Positions 39,611 through 55,360 of a stretch of 64,000 bases of DNA are shown here, piece by piece (position 1 is the stretch's first letter; each line of letters starts with the position of its first letter). The notes below the pieces were generated by a model, which was given only the letters and a program-made list of their open reading frames with translations, was not told where the DNA came from and ran no database searches. Position numbers and translations under genes: made by a program. Source of the stretch: the human T2T-CHM13v2.0 reference genome, Homo sapiens; the NCBI RefSeq assembly GCF_009914755.1, contig NC_060926.1; one strand, written 5' to 3'.

Positions 39611-41624
39611 TTATTTCCACATTGTAACCTCAATTTTATGATGTATGTTCACAGATATATATAAAATTTAATGGAAGTTTATACCCAAACAGTGCTTATT
39701 CCTAAGTGATAACTATGAATTTCCTGCATAGTATGTCTCATGAATTTGAGCTTTGTCAGACAAAAAACAGGATTTGAGGAACGAGTATCAAGGAAACATT
39801 AAATCTGAACTGACCCTCAAAACTTTTGTATTATCCCAAAGTGCAAATCTTTAAGGCTAAGTTAGTCTATGTAACTCACAAGAGTTTGAAACTGTGCTCT
39901 GAGTAATTCACCATTTAAATGACCTTTAGTTTGACAGAGTAAAGATTATTTATATGGCAGCAAATGAGACTGGCTTTTCTTCAAGACTTCAACTTTTAAA
40001 GTGGAGGTACTGTCAACCTTGCTCTGAGTTGACACCACCAGGCCCCAGGCCAATTTCTAAATAGCTTGGGGCTGGGGTTTGTATATCAAAGTCTATAACA
40101 GATGTGCAAGCTCTTCTCCAAGGCTTCCAGGAATGGAAATGCTGAGAGGTAAGTAGACCTAGATTCCTGTAAGAGCCATGGAAACAAAGGATATTAAGGA
40201 GACAAGAACAACACAATTTATAAATAAGGCCAAGCTTTATATTGTATAAAATCAGAGAGAACTGGGTAGAATATTAGAAACACAGTTGTTGGAAGATGCC
40301 TACGATGTCATGTAAATTTTCTTCCTTACTGGTTACCTTAGTTTAAAAGTAGAGCATTAAGGCAGACTCTTGATACCTGTAAAGTCTTGAGGTGCCTGGA
40401 GTCAATAAACAAAGAGACCATTAATTGGAGAGAGAGGCTAGAAAGACTGCCTGAAATCTTCAGATGGGAATTTATGGCAACAGCTTCTAGGCCAGTCCTA
40501 CTAAATGCAGAAAATCCCTGCTGACTGCAGAGAGGGACACATCAGCTGCCACCCTAGTGTAAATCCAGCTGAATTTTGAGATTAAAAGTTCAGTTAAAAT
40601 AGAGGGTTTGAGGGCATCTATAATATACAAATTGGAGGAAAAAATGTGGAATTTTATTAATTATAAAGATACTTTCTTGTTGAATCTACATCGGGACAGT
40701 TTGATTTCAAATGGCAGGTCCCTCTAATTATCATTCAAAAAAAGTGAGACCTTAGGAGGCAAATCTGTGTAACTGCGAGTACAGGAATGCTTTCCTTTAA
40801 GCATGACTAGTTCAGAAGGTTGGCACCAAAGACAAGCAGCTATTTGCCTTCCCTGTTTCCTAGCTACAACAGTGAAGCAAGCTCCACGTAGGCAGCTGGA
40901 AATGATTTCTGACTGGGCAATTATATAAATGTCACTCTAGGTGGTTATCTTATCAGGTTTTTTTTTTTCTTTCAGAGACCCAGTGTCATATTTCAGGGGT
41001 AGTGGATTACTTAAGATAAAGAGAAGGCTTAGATATATTGCCACAATAAAAACAAAGATGTCTCAGACACTGGCTTTGTAATATCAGCTACAGACGGAGA
41101 CTGTTGGAGAGGCTGTGTGAATGTAAAGCAAATCCAGTTCACTCATTGCTCCAGCTGTATTGATAGTCATACTTTCCAAAGACTCTAGACAGTGACTGAT
41201 TTATCCATTACACAGTCTGCATTTTACTTGAGGCAATTCTTTAAACGCAAGGTCACTACAATGCATGCCACAATGCCTTTTAACATATATTAGAAGCACC
41301 TAGAATCTTATCAATAAATCTTGATTTGGGGAAACCCATTAAACTCTCTGAACAATAATAGGCATATCCAAGAGTGAGGTCTCAGAGACAGACCACAATC
41401 TGCCTCTCTGTCTGATTGAGATGTGTTAGGAATGGACAGTAGCCTCTGAAGTGTCCCATAGAAGCTCAAGCAGGTAAAACAGGTAATGCAATTTTACATA
41501 TCTGTGAAGTAGAGGTTGTTTTAGTGAAGTGAGAATGACATGTTAGCTTTAGGCTACATTTTCCATTAAAGAATGGGGGCAAAAGAGTTGTATGTTAACT
41601 TTTAGAAAATGTTAATTCACATAT

Positions 41625-42025
41625 TTATGGTTATGTTTTTCTTCCCATTTGTTCATGTCGTTCCTCATTTGTAGAAGAATTGTACTTCACTTTCCAATGA
41701 TATGCAACTTAAAGTGCTCCCTGTGGTAGAAGTATATATCCCTGCTCCACACGACTTTCTTTAGCTAACATAAAGTAAGCAGAAGTGCTAAATGCCCCCA
41801 ATTTGCAGAATTTTAAATGTGGCCAGAATGTGGTGATACCACTCTACCCTCTGCCACAAGACTGCTTCTTCAATCTGTCAATCTGGGTCCTGAAATTAGA
41901 ATCTAACTGAAGTAAACTGAAATCAAGCTGCAGCAGATACATGTGAATGAGAAATAAATACTGCTGTAACCCAGAGATTTTGGGGCCATTTGTTACCACA
42001 GCATGACTTAAAAAGCTAATTAATA
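41625..42025 (+). mobile_element. Old MLT1 LTR
   Basis: gagaaataaa...gagattttggggccatttgttaccacagcat 3' end. Confidence 0.6.
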
Positions 42026-42524
42026 TATGATCTCAGAATATAAATAAAGTTATACTACAAAAATATATACCATTAGTACATCAGGGTTTTAAAAATTGAA
42101 CTCACTCATCTATTCATTCAATAACCCATAGTCAACTATCATTTGTATTTTTCCCCTCTGCCTTTATCAACTTTTAGGCTGTATTGACCTGTTGGTCTGG
42201 CACTGTGCAGGCATCACTAAGAACAATTTAAGTGAACTCAACGAATAGGGAACTAAAGATTTAAACTTAGGTAGAAAATCTAGAAACCCGAATTCCACTG
42301 GCAATTCCATTAAGATGTGAGAATTAGCTTAGACAGGTCAGAGTAGACTTCTTAGCCACAAAGGGAAATGGCTCTTTTCTTGCTACAGTTCAAAATCTAG
42401 AGTGACTGATTCGTCTTTAGCCAGTCTGGTTTCTGTACTCTTCTCTGGACATGGCATATTTGCTATCATGGCCTTGTCTTTGCTTCTACACCTTGCCTCC
42501 TCTTGAACCAAATGCAGTATCAAA

Positions 42525-42690
42525 TTAGCACTTGATATATGCCAGGCACTGCACTGGTCTCTTTCATATATACTATCTATTAAAATACTCTCAATTAACT
42601 TGTGAAAATAGGATAATTACATCATTATTGTGGCTTCATTTAATTGTGCAGGAATCTGAATGTTTATGAGTTTTAAATGACTTTTTGAAA
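42525..42690 (-). mobile_element. MIR
   Basis: tatatgccaggcactgcact...tttcatata. Confidence 0.5.
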
Positions 42691-44710
42691 AAAGCTAGCA
42701 GTTTTTGCCTCAACACCAGTGTAATTTCAATTATATAATAATGGTTTCTTTGTTCACCCTCAGAAACTTCTACCAAGAACTCCAGGCACAGACTAAGTCC
42801 TGTTCCCTCATGAAGTCTTCCTCCCCTCCTTCCGTTTATCTCAACTTTTCTCTTTCTTTCCTAAAATGCCACCTTGCAAATGTCCTCATAATAGAATTTA
42901 AGCAAACATTACATGACTACTTTTACACATTTCTTATGTGCATGTTATCCCTGCTTAATTGAACTTAAAATTCATTAGAATACAGCCAGTGTCTCATTCA
43001 CTTGTGATCAATCTTTTCTGGATGAGCAAATCACTTCCTTTTTCAGGAAAATTTCTGTGTGGAAGGAGAGAGATTGGACAGAATGACTCAGCACCGTTTA
43101 TGAATGATTATAATGAGTTGGGGTAAAGAGAGGTAACAGACATGGGGAAAAAGATGGCACACGATGATAAGAAGTGCAAGCAGCATTCTAAAATTCAGTT
43201 CACATCTTCAAACTCTGAGTTCAAGATGCTTTCCACTGTACCATGTGGTCCCTATCACTGAGTTCTATAGCATGTTTTCTATGTTTTAAAGCAAAAAGTT
43301 TCTCTGGTTTGTCCTCCTCAAATTGTCCAACAAAAATATATATTGAAAACTCTCAGATTTGCTACACATCACTTGTGAAAAATTGCTTAAGAAATAATTC
43401 CTCAACTCATTCAGTTTCATTAATTTTGTCCTTTGAAGGATGGAAGAATATATCTTTCTAGCAAAAATCGGATTTGTGCATGACAGCTACTTGAGCTCAG
43501 AGGTCAAAGAATGAATTTGGGCTGCCTCCCTGCATTCCCATCCCTTCAATCTTTTGTTGTGCTTCCACAGCAGGTAGGATTTGAAAGAGATTCTGCCCTT
43601 GCTAGAAGAAAAAAAAATTGTAAGGTAGAAAATAATCAAACCTTGGCTTGAGAGGAGCCAAAATGAATGCCGCTTCCAATACTAATGTAAACCTTCTACC
43701 AATACTTAGGATTTACAAAAAAATTTCAAAAGTGTCATATTTCATGGCCAAGGAGACCTAGTATGGTGGCGATGTATGCTATGCTTATGCCTGGGAATAG
43801 AGTAAGAGGTTAGGAAGATCAGGAGATAAATTTTCAAGGAAAAAAATCTGAAAAAAGATTGGCATTTCCACAAATGTGTGAAAGGGAATGCAGACAGATA
43901 AACCTAAAGCTAATATCACCAAACACCAATATCCCTGTCAAGCTTTAAGGTCCCAGTGACTTTACTAGGGCAATTTCAATTTTAGCTTTTATGCTCCTGT
44001 TCTTACTACAGTTAGTAAAAAGCAAAGGACAGGAGTCAAAAACAGAAATGATCATTTGAAATAAGAACCAAAGCAGACACCTCTGTTGGTCTCTTTTTCT
44101 AGCTCTACTTTTCAGGAATTCTGTCTCCAACTATATGACACACTTACTTTTAGAAAGAAACTGCTTTGAGCATTCAAAAAAGGAGGTGATGATGTCAAAT
44201 GACTAAACATTTCCCAAGTTCTAAACTTTAAAGTCAGTCCAATACTTTCTGTTGAAGCTTTAAAGTATTGATGTTAAGTATAGGGCAGCCTTGTTGTGGA
44301 ACACAACACACTTTGCTGATTTGTTGGACATTGATGATGTTTAAATTGAGAGACTTAATGACATTATCAGATCTGTTTTTGAGATTGTGATCTTCCATTT
44401 TATATGGGACATGCCTTTTTGTCTTTTTTTTTTTTTTTTTTTTTAGGTCAGGTGGGCTCCTGTCTTTTATTTTATTTTATTTTATTTTATTTATTTATTT
44501 TTATTATTATACTTTAAGTTTTAGGGTACATGTGCACAATGTGCAGGTTAGTTACATATGTATACATGTGCCATGCTGGTGCGCTGCACCCACTAACTCG
44601 TCATCTAGCATTAGGTATATCTCCCAATGCTATCCCTCACCCCACCCCCCACCCCACAACAGTCCCCAGAGTATGATGTTCCCCTTCCTGTGTCCATGTG
44701 TTCTCATTGT

Positions 44711-48539
<3,829 letters not shown>

Positions 48540-48602
48540 TATGATGTTAGCTGGTTATTTTCCTTGTTAGTTGATGCAGTTTCTTCCTAGTCTCGATGGT
48601 CT

Positions 48603-49616
48603 TTACATTTTGGCATGATTTTGCTGCGGCTGGTACCGGTTGTTCCTTTCCATGTTTAGTGCTTCCTTCAGGATCTCTTTTAGGGCAGGCCTGGTGGTGA
48701 CAAAATCTCTCAGCATTTGCTTGTCTGTAAAGTATTTTATTTCTCCTTCACTTACGAAGCTTAGTTTGGCTGGATATGAAATTCTGGGTTGAAAATTCTT
48801 TTCTTTAAGAATGTTGAATATTGGCCCCCACTCTCTTCTGGCTTGTGGAGTTTCTGCCCACATATCCGCTGTTAGTCTGATGGGCTTCCCTTTGTGGGTA
48901 ACCCGATCTTTCTCTCTAGCTGCCCTTAACATTTTTTCCTTCATTTCAACTTTGGTGAATCTGACAATTATGTGTCTTGGTGTTGCTCTTCTCGAGGAGT
49001 ATCTTTGTGGCGTTCTCTGTATTTCCTGAATCTGAATGTTGGCCTGCCTTGCTAGATTGGGGAAGTTCTCCTGGATAATATCGTTCAGAGTGTTTTCCAA
49101 CTTGGTTCCATTCTCCCCGTCACTTTCAGGTACACCAATCAGACGTAGATTTGGTCGTTTCACATAGTCCCATATTTCTTGGAGGCTTTGTTCGTTTCTT
49201 TTTATTCTTTTTTCTCTAAACTTCACTTTTCGCTTCATTTCATTCATTTCATCTTCCATCGCTGATACCCTTCCTTCCAGTGGATTGCGTCAGCTCCTGA
49301 GGCTTCTGCATTCTTCATGTAGTTCTCGAGCCTTGGCTTTCAGCTCCATCAGCTCCTTTGAGGACTTCTCTGCATTGGTTATTCTAGTTATACATTCATC
49401 TAAATTTTTTTCAAAGTTTTTAACTTCTTTGCCTTTGGTTTGAATTTCCTCCTGTAGCTCGGAGTAGTTTGATCGTCTGAAGCCTTCTTCTCTCAACTCG
49501 TCAAAGTCATTCTCCATCCAGCTTTGTTCCATTGCTGGTGAGGAACTGCGATCCTTTGGAGGAGAGGTGCTCTGCTTTTTAGAGTTTCCAGTTTTTCTGC
49601 TCTGTTTTTTCCCCAT
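48603..49616 (-). pseudogene. L1 ORF1, in frame but with a premature TGA at codon 109
   Basis: MGKKQSRK...RSLRS* and MEDEMNEM...NHAKM share one frame (offset 357 nt); CGA>TGA at 49290-49292. Confidence 0.95.
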
Positions 49617-50653
49617 CTTTGTCGTTTTATCTACTTTTGGTCTTTGATGATGGTGATGTACAGATGGGTTTTTGGTGTGGATGTCCTTTCTGTTTATTAG
49701 TTTTCCTTCTAACAGACAGGACCCTCAGTTGCAGGTCTGTTGGAGTTTGCTAGAGGTCCACTCCAGACCCTGTTTGCCTGGGTATCAGCAGTGGTGTCTG
49801 CAGAACAGTGGTTTTTCGTGAACCGCGAATGCTGCTGTCTGATCGTTCCTTTGGAGGTTTTGTCTCAGAGGAGTACCCGGCCGTGTGAGGTGTCAGTCTG
49901 CCCCTACTGGGGGGTGCCTCCCAGTTAGGCTGCTCAGGGGTCAGGGGTCAGGGACCCACTTGAGGAGGCAGTCTGCCCGTTCTCAGATCTCCAGCTGCGT
50001 GCTGGGAGAACCACTGCTCTCTTCAAAGCTGTCAGACAGGGACATTTAAGTCTGCAGAGGTTACTGCTGTCTTTTTGTTTGTCTGTGCCCTGCCCCCAGA
50101 GGTGGAGCCTACAGAGGCAGGCAGGCCTCCTTGAGCTGTGGTGGGCTCCACCCAGTTCGAGCTTTCCGGCTGCTTTGTTTACCCAAGCAAGCCTGGGCAA
50201 TGGCGGGCGCCCCTCCCCCAGCCTCACTGCCGCCTTGCAGTTTGATCTCAGACTGCTGTGCTAGCAATCAGCGAGACTCCGTGGGCATAGGACCCTCCAA
50301 GCCAGGTGCAGGATATAATCTCCTGGTGCTCCATTTTTTAAGCCCGTTGGAAAAGCGCAATATTTGGGTGGGAGTGACCTGATTTTCCAGGTGCCGTCTG
50401 TCACCCCTTTCTTTGACTAGGAAAGGGAACTCCCTGACCCCTTGCACTTCCTGAGTGAGGCAGTGCCTTGCCCTGCTTCGGCTCGCGCACGGTGCACTGC
50501 ACCCACTGATCTGCGCCCACTCTCTGGCACTCCCTAGTGAGATGAACCGGGTACCTCAGATGGAAATGCAGAAATCACCTGTCTTCTGCCTCCCTCACAC
50601 TGGGAGCTGTAGACCAGAGCTGTTCCTATTCGGCCATCTTGGCTCCTCCCCCC
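49617..50653 (-). promoter_or_regulatory. L1 5'UTR internal promoter with antisense promoter; YY1 site intact
   Basis: cggccatcttggc at 50631-50643 (AAGATGGCC on the L1 strand); locally CpG-rich. Confidence 0.8.
50200..50382 (+). pseudogene. ORF0: L1 antisense ORF0, truncated to 60 aa
   Basis: MAGAPPPASLPPCSLISDCCASNQRDSVG...KRNIWVGVT*; stop falls where intact ORF0 continues RFSR. Confidence 0.85.
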
Positions 50654-51235
50654 GGGAAAACGGGCTCCTGTCTTAAAGAGTTTTCGCCTACCGTCTCTTT
50701 TGAAACAGGTTTTTACTCAGCTCCAACAGTCTTTAAAAGGCTTAAACTTAGTTTATATGTCCTCTAGTCCCTCCCTTCACTAGACACAGAGCGTGGCCTC
50801 TCTGCTGGAGGAATGATCATCCACCCAGGACTGAAATCACTAACACACCTCCCACCTGTTTCTGCCACAGGACTAGGAGAAGTCAGAGTCTTTAGCACTG
50901 GTGGGTGTGATAAATAAAAGCAGATTTCTACCTAAAAAGTTTTAGCCCAGTATTTGCTGCCAATGAGGAGAGATAGAAGGTCTTAACTTTCAATAGACTA
51001 AAAAATAATTAAAGATCTTAAAACAATTCTTATGTGGTGAGAGAGAGAATAATGAATGGCATTTTCATCCACAGTCACACGTGCCTGATGGATATGAGAA
51101 TATTCTTTAATGATTACATTAAGAGAAATATAAATAAAATTATATTTGCATACTGAGATTTTATAAAGAAAAAACCTATCCTATGGAGTGCTGTTGTTTC
51201 TTTTTTTTTTTTCTGTTAAAAGTATAAACCTTTAG

Positions 51236-51536
51236 GGTTGGGCATGGTGGCTCATGCCTATAATCCCAGCACTTTGGGAGGTCGAGACAGGCAGATCAAC
51301 TGAGGTCAGGGGCTCCAGACCAGCCTGGCCAACATGGTGAAACCCCATCTCTACTAAAAATACAAAAATTAGCCGTGCACGGTGGCATACGCCTGCAATC
51401 CCAGCTACTGGGAGGCTGAGGCAGGGAAATCCCTTGAACCCGGGAGGCGGAGGCTGCAGTGAGCCAAGATGGTATCACTGTACTCTAGCCTGGGCAAGAC
51501 AGCAAGACTCTCTCTCAAAAAAAAAATAAAAATAAA
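51236..51536 (+). mobile_element. AluSx/Sz-type element
   Basis: Full dimer; TSD aaaagtataaa(cc/at)tttag. Confidence 0.95.
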
Positions 51537-51764
51537 AAAAGTATAAAATTTTAGTTTAGGGAAACAGTCGTACTTAGATGGGAGCATCTTGATATTTAGC
51601 AATATTTCTACATTAAACAATGATGGAAGCATATGGGACCCGGCATGATTATAAAACTTGTTTAGTGGCTAAAATAAGGATTCTACCTTTTTAAAAAAAA
51701 AAAAAAAAAAAAAGAGAGAGTATTGATTTAAAATTGTATAGATCTAAAGGGAGGCTAACAGGAG

Positions 51765-51985
51765 GCAGCCTGGATGGTGATAATGATCCAGGAGTCAGGG
51801 ACACAGAAGGACCCAGTTCAGCTTTTGCGCCTACTGCTGTGCCACTCCTGGCAAGTTATTTATATTTCAATCCTTAGTTTTCTTATCTGTAAAATGCAAG
51901 AAATAATACTAATTCCTTTTTGTTGAGATATAATAATTCTTTTGAAAGTAAAAAGAATTTTGTATAAGTTGTACTGCAGTAAAAG
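51765..51985 (+). mobile_element. MIR
   Basis: gaggcagc...ggcaagttattt...cttagttttcttatctgtaaaatg. Confidence 0.7.
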
Positions 51986-52906
51986 TCACTCACTATGATT
52001 ATTCCTTCAAAATAATTATTGAAACTCCCACTACCTTCTAATCATTTTAGAATCATGAAATATGGGAAAGGAAGAAAGAAAGAAGAATCCTACTGAATTT
52101 CATGGTGTCTTCATAATGAGTATTTATCTGAGGTACTTTTGTGTGTACCTTCCTATTTTTGCCATTACCTCTCCAATATTTTGTTTATCAAAATCTCATC
52201 CAAACTTCAAGTAATGCCCTCTCCAACCCTTACCTTGTTCTTGATAAACTCAGATGAGCCTTTATCTACACATGGACATCTGTGTATCACCTATTTTGTT
52301 GTCTATAATCTCTTGCATGGTACTTATGTGCTGTATCCTCTCCTATGTAATCTCTTAGCTCTTCATTTTTCTGAAAAAAAAAGTTTCTTGAATCTAGAGC
52401 CTATAAAGTTAGTCCAATTCTACACATTCACACACTTCACAGACTTTTATATAAATACACACATATACATATATGTGTGAGTATACATATTGTGTGCAGT
52501 GTGTGTGTATCAGAACATATGTACTTATATACATATATGCCTAAGTATAAAGGACTTAAATACATATGTCTTTTAACACATAAGATTTAAAAGTTAAATT
52601 CTTACTTTTATTTAAAAAAAAATCTCAAAACTATATGGCTATTACTCTAAAAGCACACAGAGAGCTGAAATGTTAAACCAAATTGTGTATGACTTTCTCA
52701 AAAATATCAATCTTTTATTTTTACATTAGTTATAAATCTTAGCAATACTTTCCTTTAGCATAATAAAAACATTTACTCTTTGTGCTTGCAAGAGTAAATC
52801 TTATTCATGTGTGTGTAGGGGGTTTCTTAGATCCAGTCATGTAGTAGGTACACAATGAATTATGTTGAATAAATTAATGCATATTTTTGCTAATAATGAC
52901 ACTTTC

Positions 52907-53234
52907 TTTCTTTCTTTTTTTCTTTTTCTTTTTCTTTTTTTTTTTTTTTTGGAGATGGAGTTTCGCTCTTGTTGCCCAGGCTGGAGTGCAATGGTGCAAT
53001 CTTGGCTCACTACGACACCTCCGCCTTCTGGGTTCGAGCGATTCTCTTACCTCAGCTTCTCGAGCAGCTGGGATTACAGGCATGCGCCACCACTCCTGGC
53101 TAACTTTTTGTATTTTTAGTAGAGACAGGGTTTCTCCATGTTGCTCAGGCTGTCGAACTCCAGACCTCAGGTGATCTGCCCGCCTCGGCCTTCCAAAGTG
53201 CTGGGATTACAGACGTGAGCCGCCATGCCTGGCC
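52907..53234 (-). mobile_element. AluSp/Sq-type element
   Basis: gagtttcgctcttgttgcccagg diagnostic; TSD ataatga(c/t)actttc at 52893-52906 and 53235-53248. Confidence 0.95.
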
Positions 53235-53384
53235 ATAATGATACTTTCAAACATACAAACTTTGAAAGATTTTACTACTCATAGGCAACCACTAGCAGAA
53301 CTTTCAAAGAAAGTGTCTCAGAAAGAAGTAAATAAATGTACACACACAGGAGAAGAATTGAAAATACATAAGAAGTAGTGAATA

Positions 53385-53880
53385 TTTCTTTGTTGCAAGG
53401 AATAGCAACTAACTTTAGCTAACATAAACAGAAAAGGAACTTATTGGAAATCTAGCATATATCTCACAAAATGTTTGGGAAGACTGAATATTGGGGCCTT
53501 GAAATATAGGCATGAAACAAACAAGAGGGAAACAGAAACCACAGCTAGTGTCCAGCAGTTGGAAGGATTTGGCTAGGACCCTGCTGCCAGTGCCATCACC
53601 ACAATTGTGGGCACCTCACCACAACTGGACTCAGGGTGTGCCCTTTATTCCCAGGCTAGTGTAAATCAAGTTTAAACTTCCTTAAGCATGTTTATCACTC
53701 AGGTAAGTTTTAAAAATCACTGGTAGAAGGGTCTGCTTGCTAAAATTATTCAGATGCCCATCTTCAAGCTCCCATGGTTTATGGTAAGGGAAGATCTATC
53801 TTCATTGGCTTCCATAGATGCATATGATGAAGAACTCCCTCAAATTAAAATGTAAGTTGAGGTTAAAGGGCACTGACAGA
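53385..53880 (-). mobile_element. Old MLT1-like LTR
   Basis: ttgttgcaagg...aactttagctaac...aaaggaacttattggaa; boundaries approximate. Confidence 0.45.
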
Positions 53881-53911
53881 ATCTTCTGCAATCCATTCCT
53901 TCTACTTTCTT

Positions 53912-53979
53912 TTTTTTTATTTTTTTATTTTTTATTTTTTTTTGAGATGGAGTCTCGCTCTGTCACCCAGGCTGGAGTG
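53912..53979 (-). mobile_element. Extremely 5'-truncated Alu (~36-bp body plus tail)
   Basis: gagatggagtctcgctctgtcacccaggctggagtg; perfect 14-bp TSD ccttctactttctt (53898-53911, 53980-53993). Confidence 0.93.
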
Positions 53980-54319
53980 CCTTCTACTTTCTTAGCACAC
54001 ATGTGTAGCCTTATTCCCATGCTCAGAATTTAAGGGAAAAAATCTCCACTATATGTTAATGAAACTGACCTTTCTTTATATAAAATTGAAAGCACATTTA
54101 TCCCATTTTCAAAGACATAAAACTTCAAAAATATGATCAGATTATTCATACAACTCAGGGCCCAGACGTTCTAGACTATATGTCCTTTTGCATTTGTAAA
54201 CTACAGCTAATTTTCTTTTAGGCATCAAAAGTGCCTAAGTTATATTTTTAAGGTCTTTAAAACAAGTTTGGATACTTGGCTAAGCCACTGTTCATTAGAA
54301 GCACTAGTGTCATATATTC

Positions 54320-54760
54320 ACTTGAGCATCAAATATTTGTTGAATATCTTCTATTTGCTGGGCTTTGGGGATAGAGCAGTGAAATAAGCAAATGAGGAAG
54401 TGTTTGCAGTTATGGAGATTTTGTTTGTAGGAGAGAGCAATATTTCATATAAACATATAAAGAACTTTATAAAGTAGTGATAAATATCATAATCAAATCA
54501 AAGCAGGGTCCAGGAATCTAGAGAACATGAGTTGGCAGGGGAGAGTGGGGGTGGTCAGGGCTTCCTAAGACGATGGTGGGCAGGGATCTGGAAGTGGTGA
54601 GGAGATGAACATTCCAGGCAACAGATGAATTGAAGCAGACATCCTGAATGACACAATGCTTGCCACGTTTGAGGAACAGTGAGGAGCCCAGAGGCCAGAG
54701 CTAAATGAAGATGGTAGAACATGAGGGTGGAGAGAGGATAGGAGCTTGGTCTCGTTGAAG
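54320..54760 (-). mobile_element. L2
   Basis: caaatatttgttgaat...ggggatagagcagtgaa...gaacattccaggca...tttgaggaacagtgaggag. Confidence 0.75.
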
Positions 54761-54769
54761 TTGGTAGAC

Positions 54770-54825
54770 CAGTAGTCCTCAAACTTTTACGTGCCTGAAA
54801 AACACCTGGGAACCTTGTTACAATG
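54770..54825 (+). mobile_element. MER5A-like 5' fragment
   Basis: cagtagtcctcaaacttt...cacctgggaaccttgtta. Confidence 0.55.
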
Positions 54826-54828
54826 TTG

Positions 54829-54871
<43 letters not shown>

Positions 54872-54910
54872 TGCAATTTCAAACTTTTGAAAATTACTGA
54901 TTGGCTAAAT

Positions 54911-55341
54911 TGTGGGATATCGATGACTAAATGAAGTCACTTGTGTTAAAAACTTTGATAAATAGGGCTAGGGAAACCCATGAAGAGAGGGTTCTCATTG
55001 ACAAATATCTGACATCAATGACTATCATATTAGACTCCCCAAAAAGCACAACCTTGCACAGAGACTACCACAATCTTACACAAAATAGTACCTCTGCAAG
55101 GACATCTATCCCTACCTGCCTGTCCAACCTCAAACTGAAACAACCCTTGTTATTAATCCTTTAGTCAAGGATAATTATTTCAAAATAACTTTGAAATTCT
55201 CCTTGTTTTCCCTTTCAAAACCTTGCCTTCATTTATAATACCTTGTGGAATATGCACATAGTTTACTATGGCATATTCCCATTGCAATGCCTATTCCTGA
55301 ATGAATATTTTCTTTTAGAGGGTCTCTCAATGTTATGTAGA
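54911..55341 (+). mobile_element. 5' LTR of an ERV1 provirus (LTR37-like)
   Basis: Homologous to 62916-63359 (ccatgaag, ccttgca, caaggacat, cccttgttatt, caaggataattat, cattgcaatg, tattcctgaat). Confidence 0.85.
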
Positions 55342-55360
55342 TAGTGCTTCAGAAGTGGGA
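55342..55360 (+). promoter_or_regulatory. Degenerate primer-binding site, tRNA-Leu(CAA) type
   Basis: tagtgcttcagaagtggga versus canonical TGGTGTCAGAAGTGGGAT, directly after the LTR. Confidence 0.65.

Noticed and set aside
40540-40562. CTCF-like motifs here and near 50792-50810, 34100-34116 and 25125-25138
   Set aside because: Wrong spacing or mismatches at core positions.
44414-44453. Poly(T)-AG followed by gtcag|gt as a micro-exon
   Set aside because: Only 5 nt between sites and no supporting evidence; more simply a T tract next to the L1 target site.
52139-52480. 113-aa ORF
   Set aside because: Non-ATG start, ends in a simple repeat, no homology recognised.
52862-53174. Phe/Lys-rich ORFs here and at 1304-1557 and 58358-58675
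   Set aside because: Alu and poly(T) reading frames.
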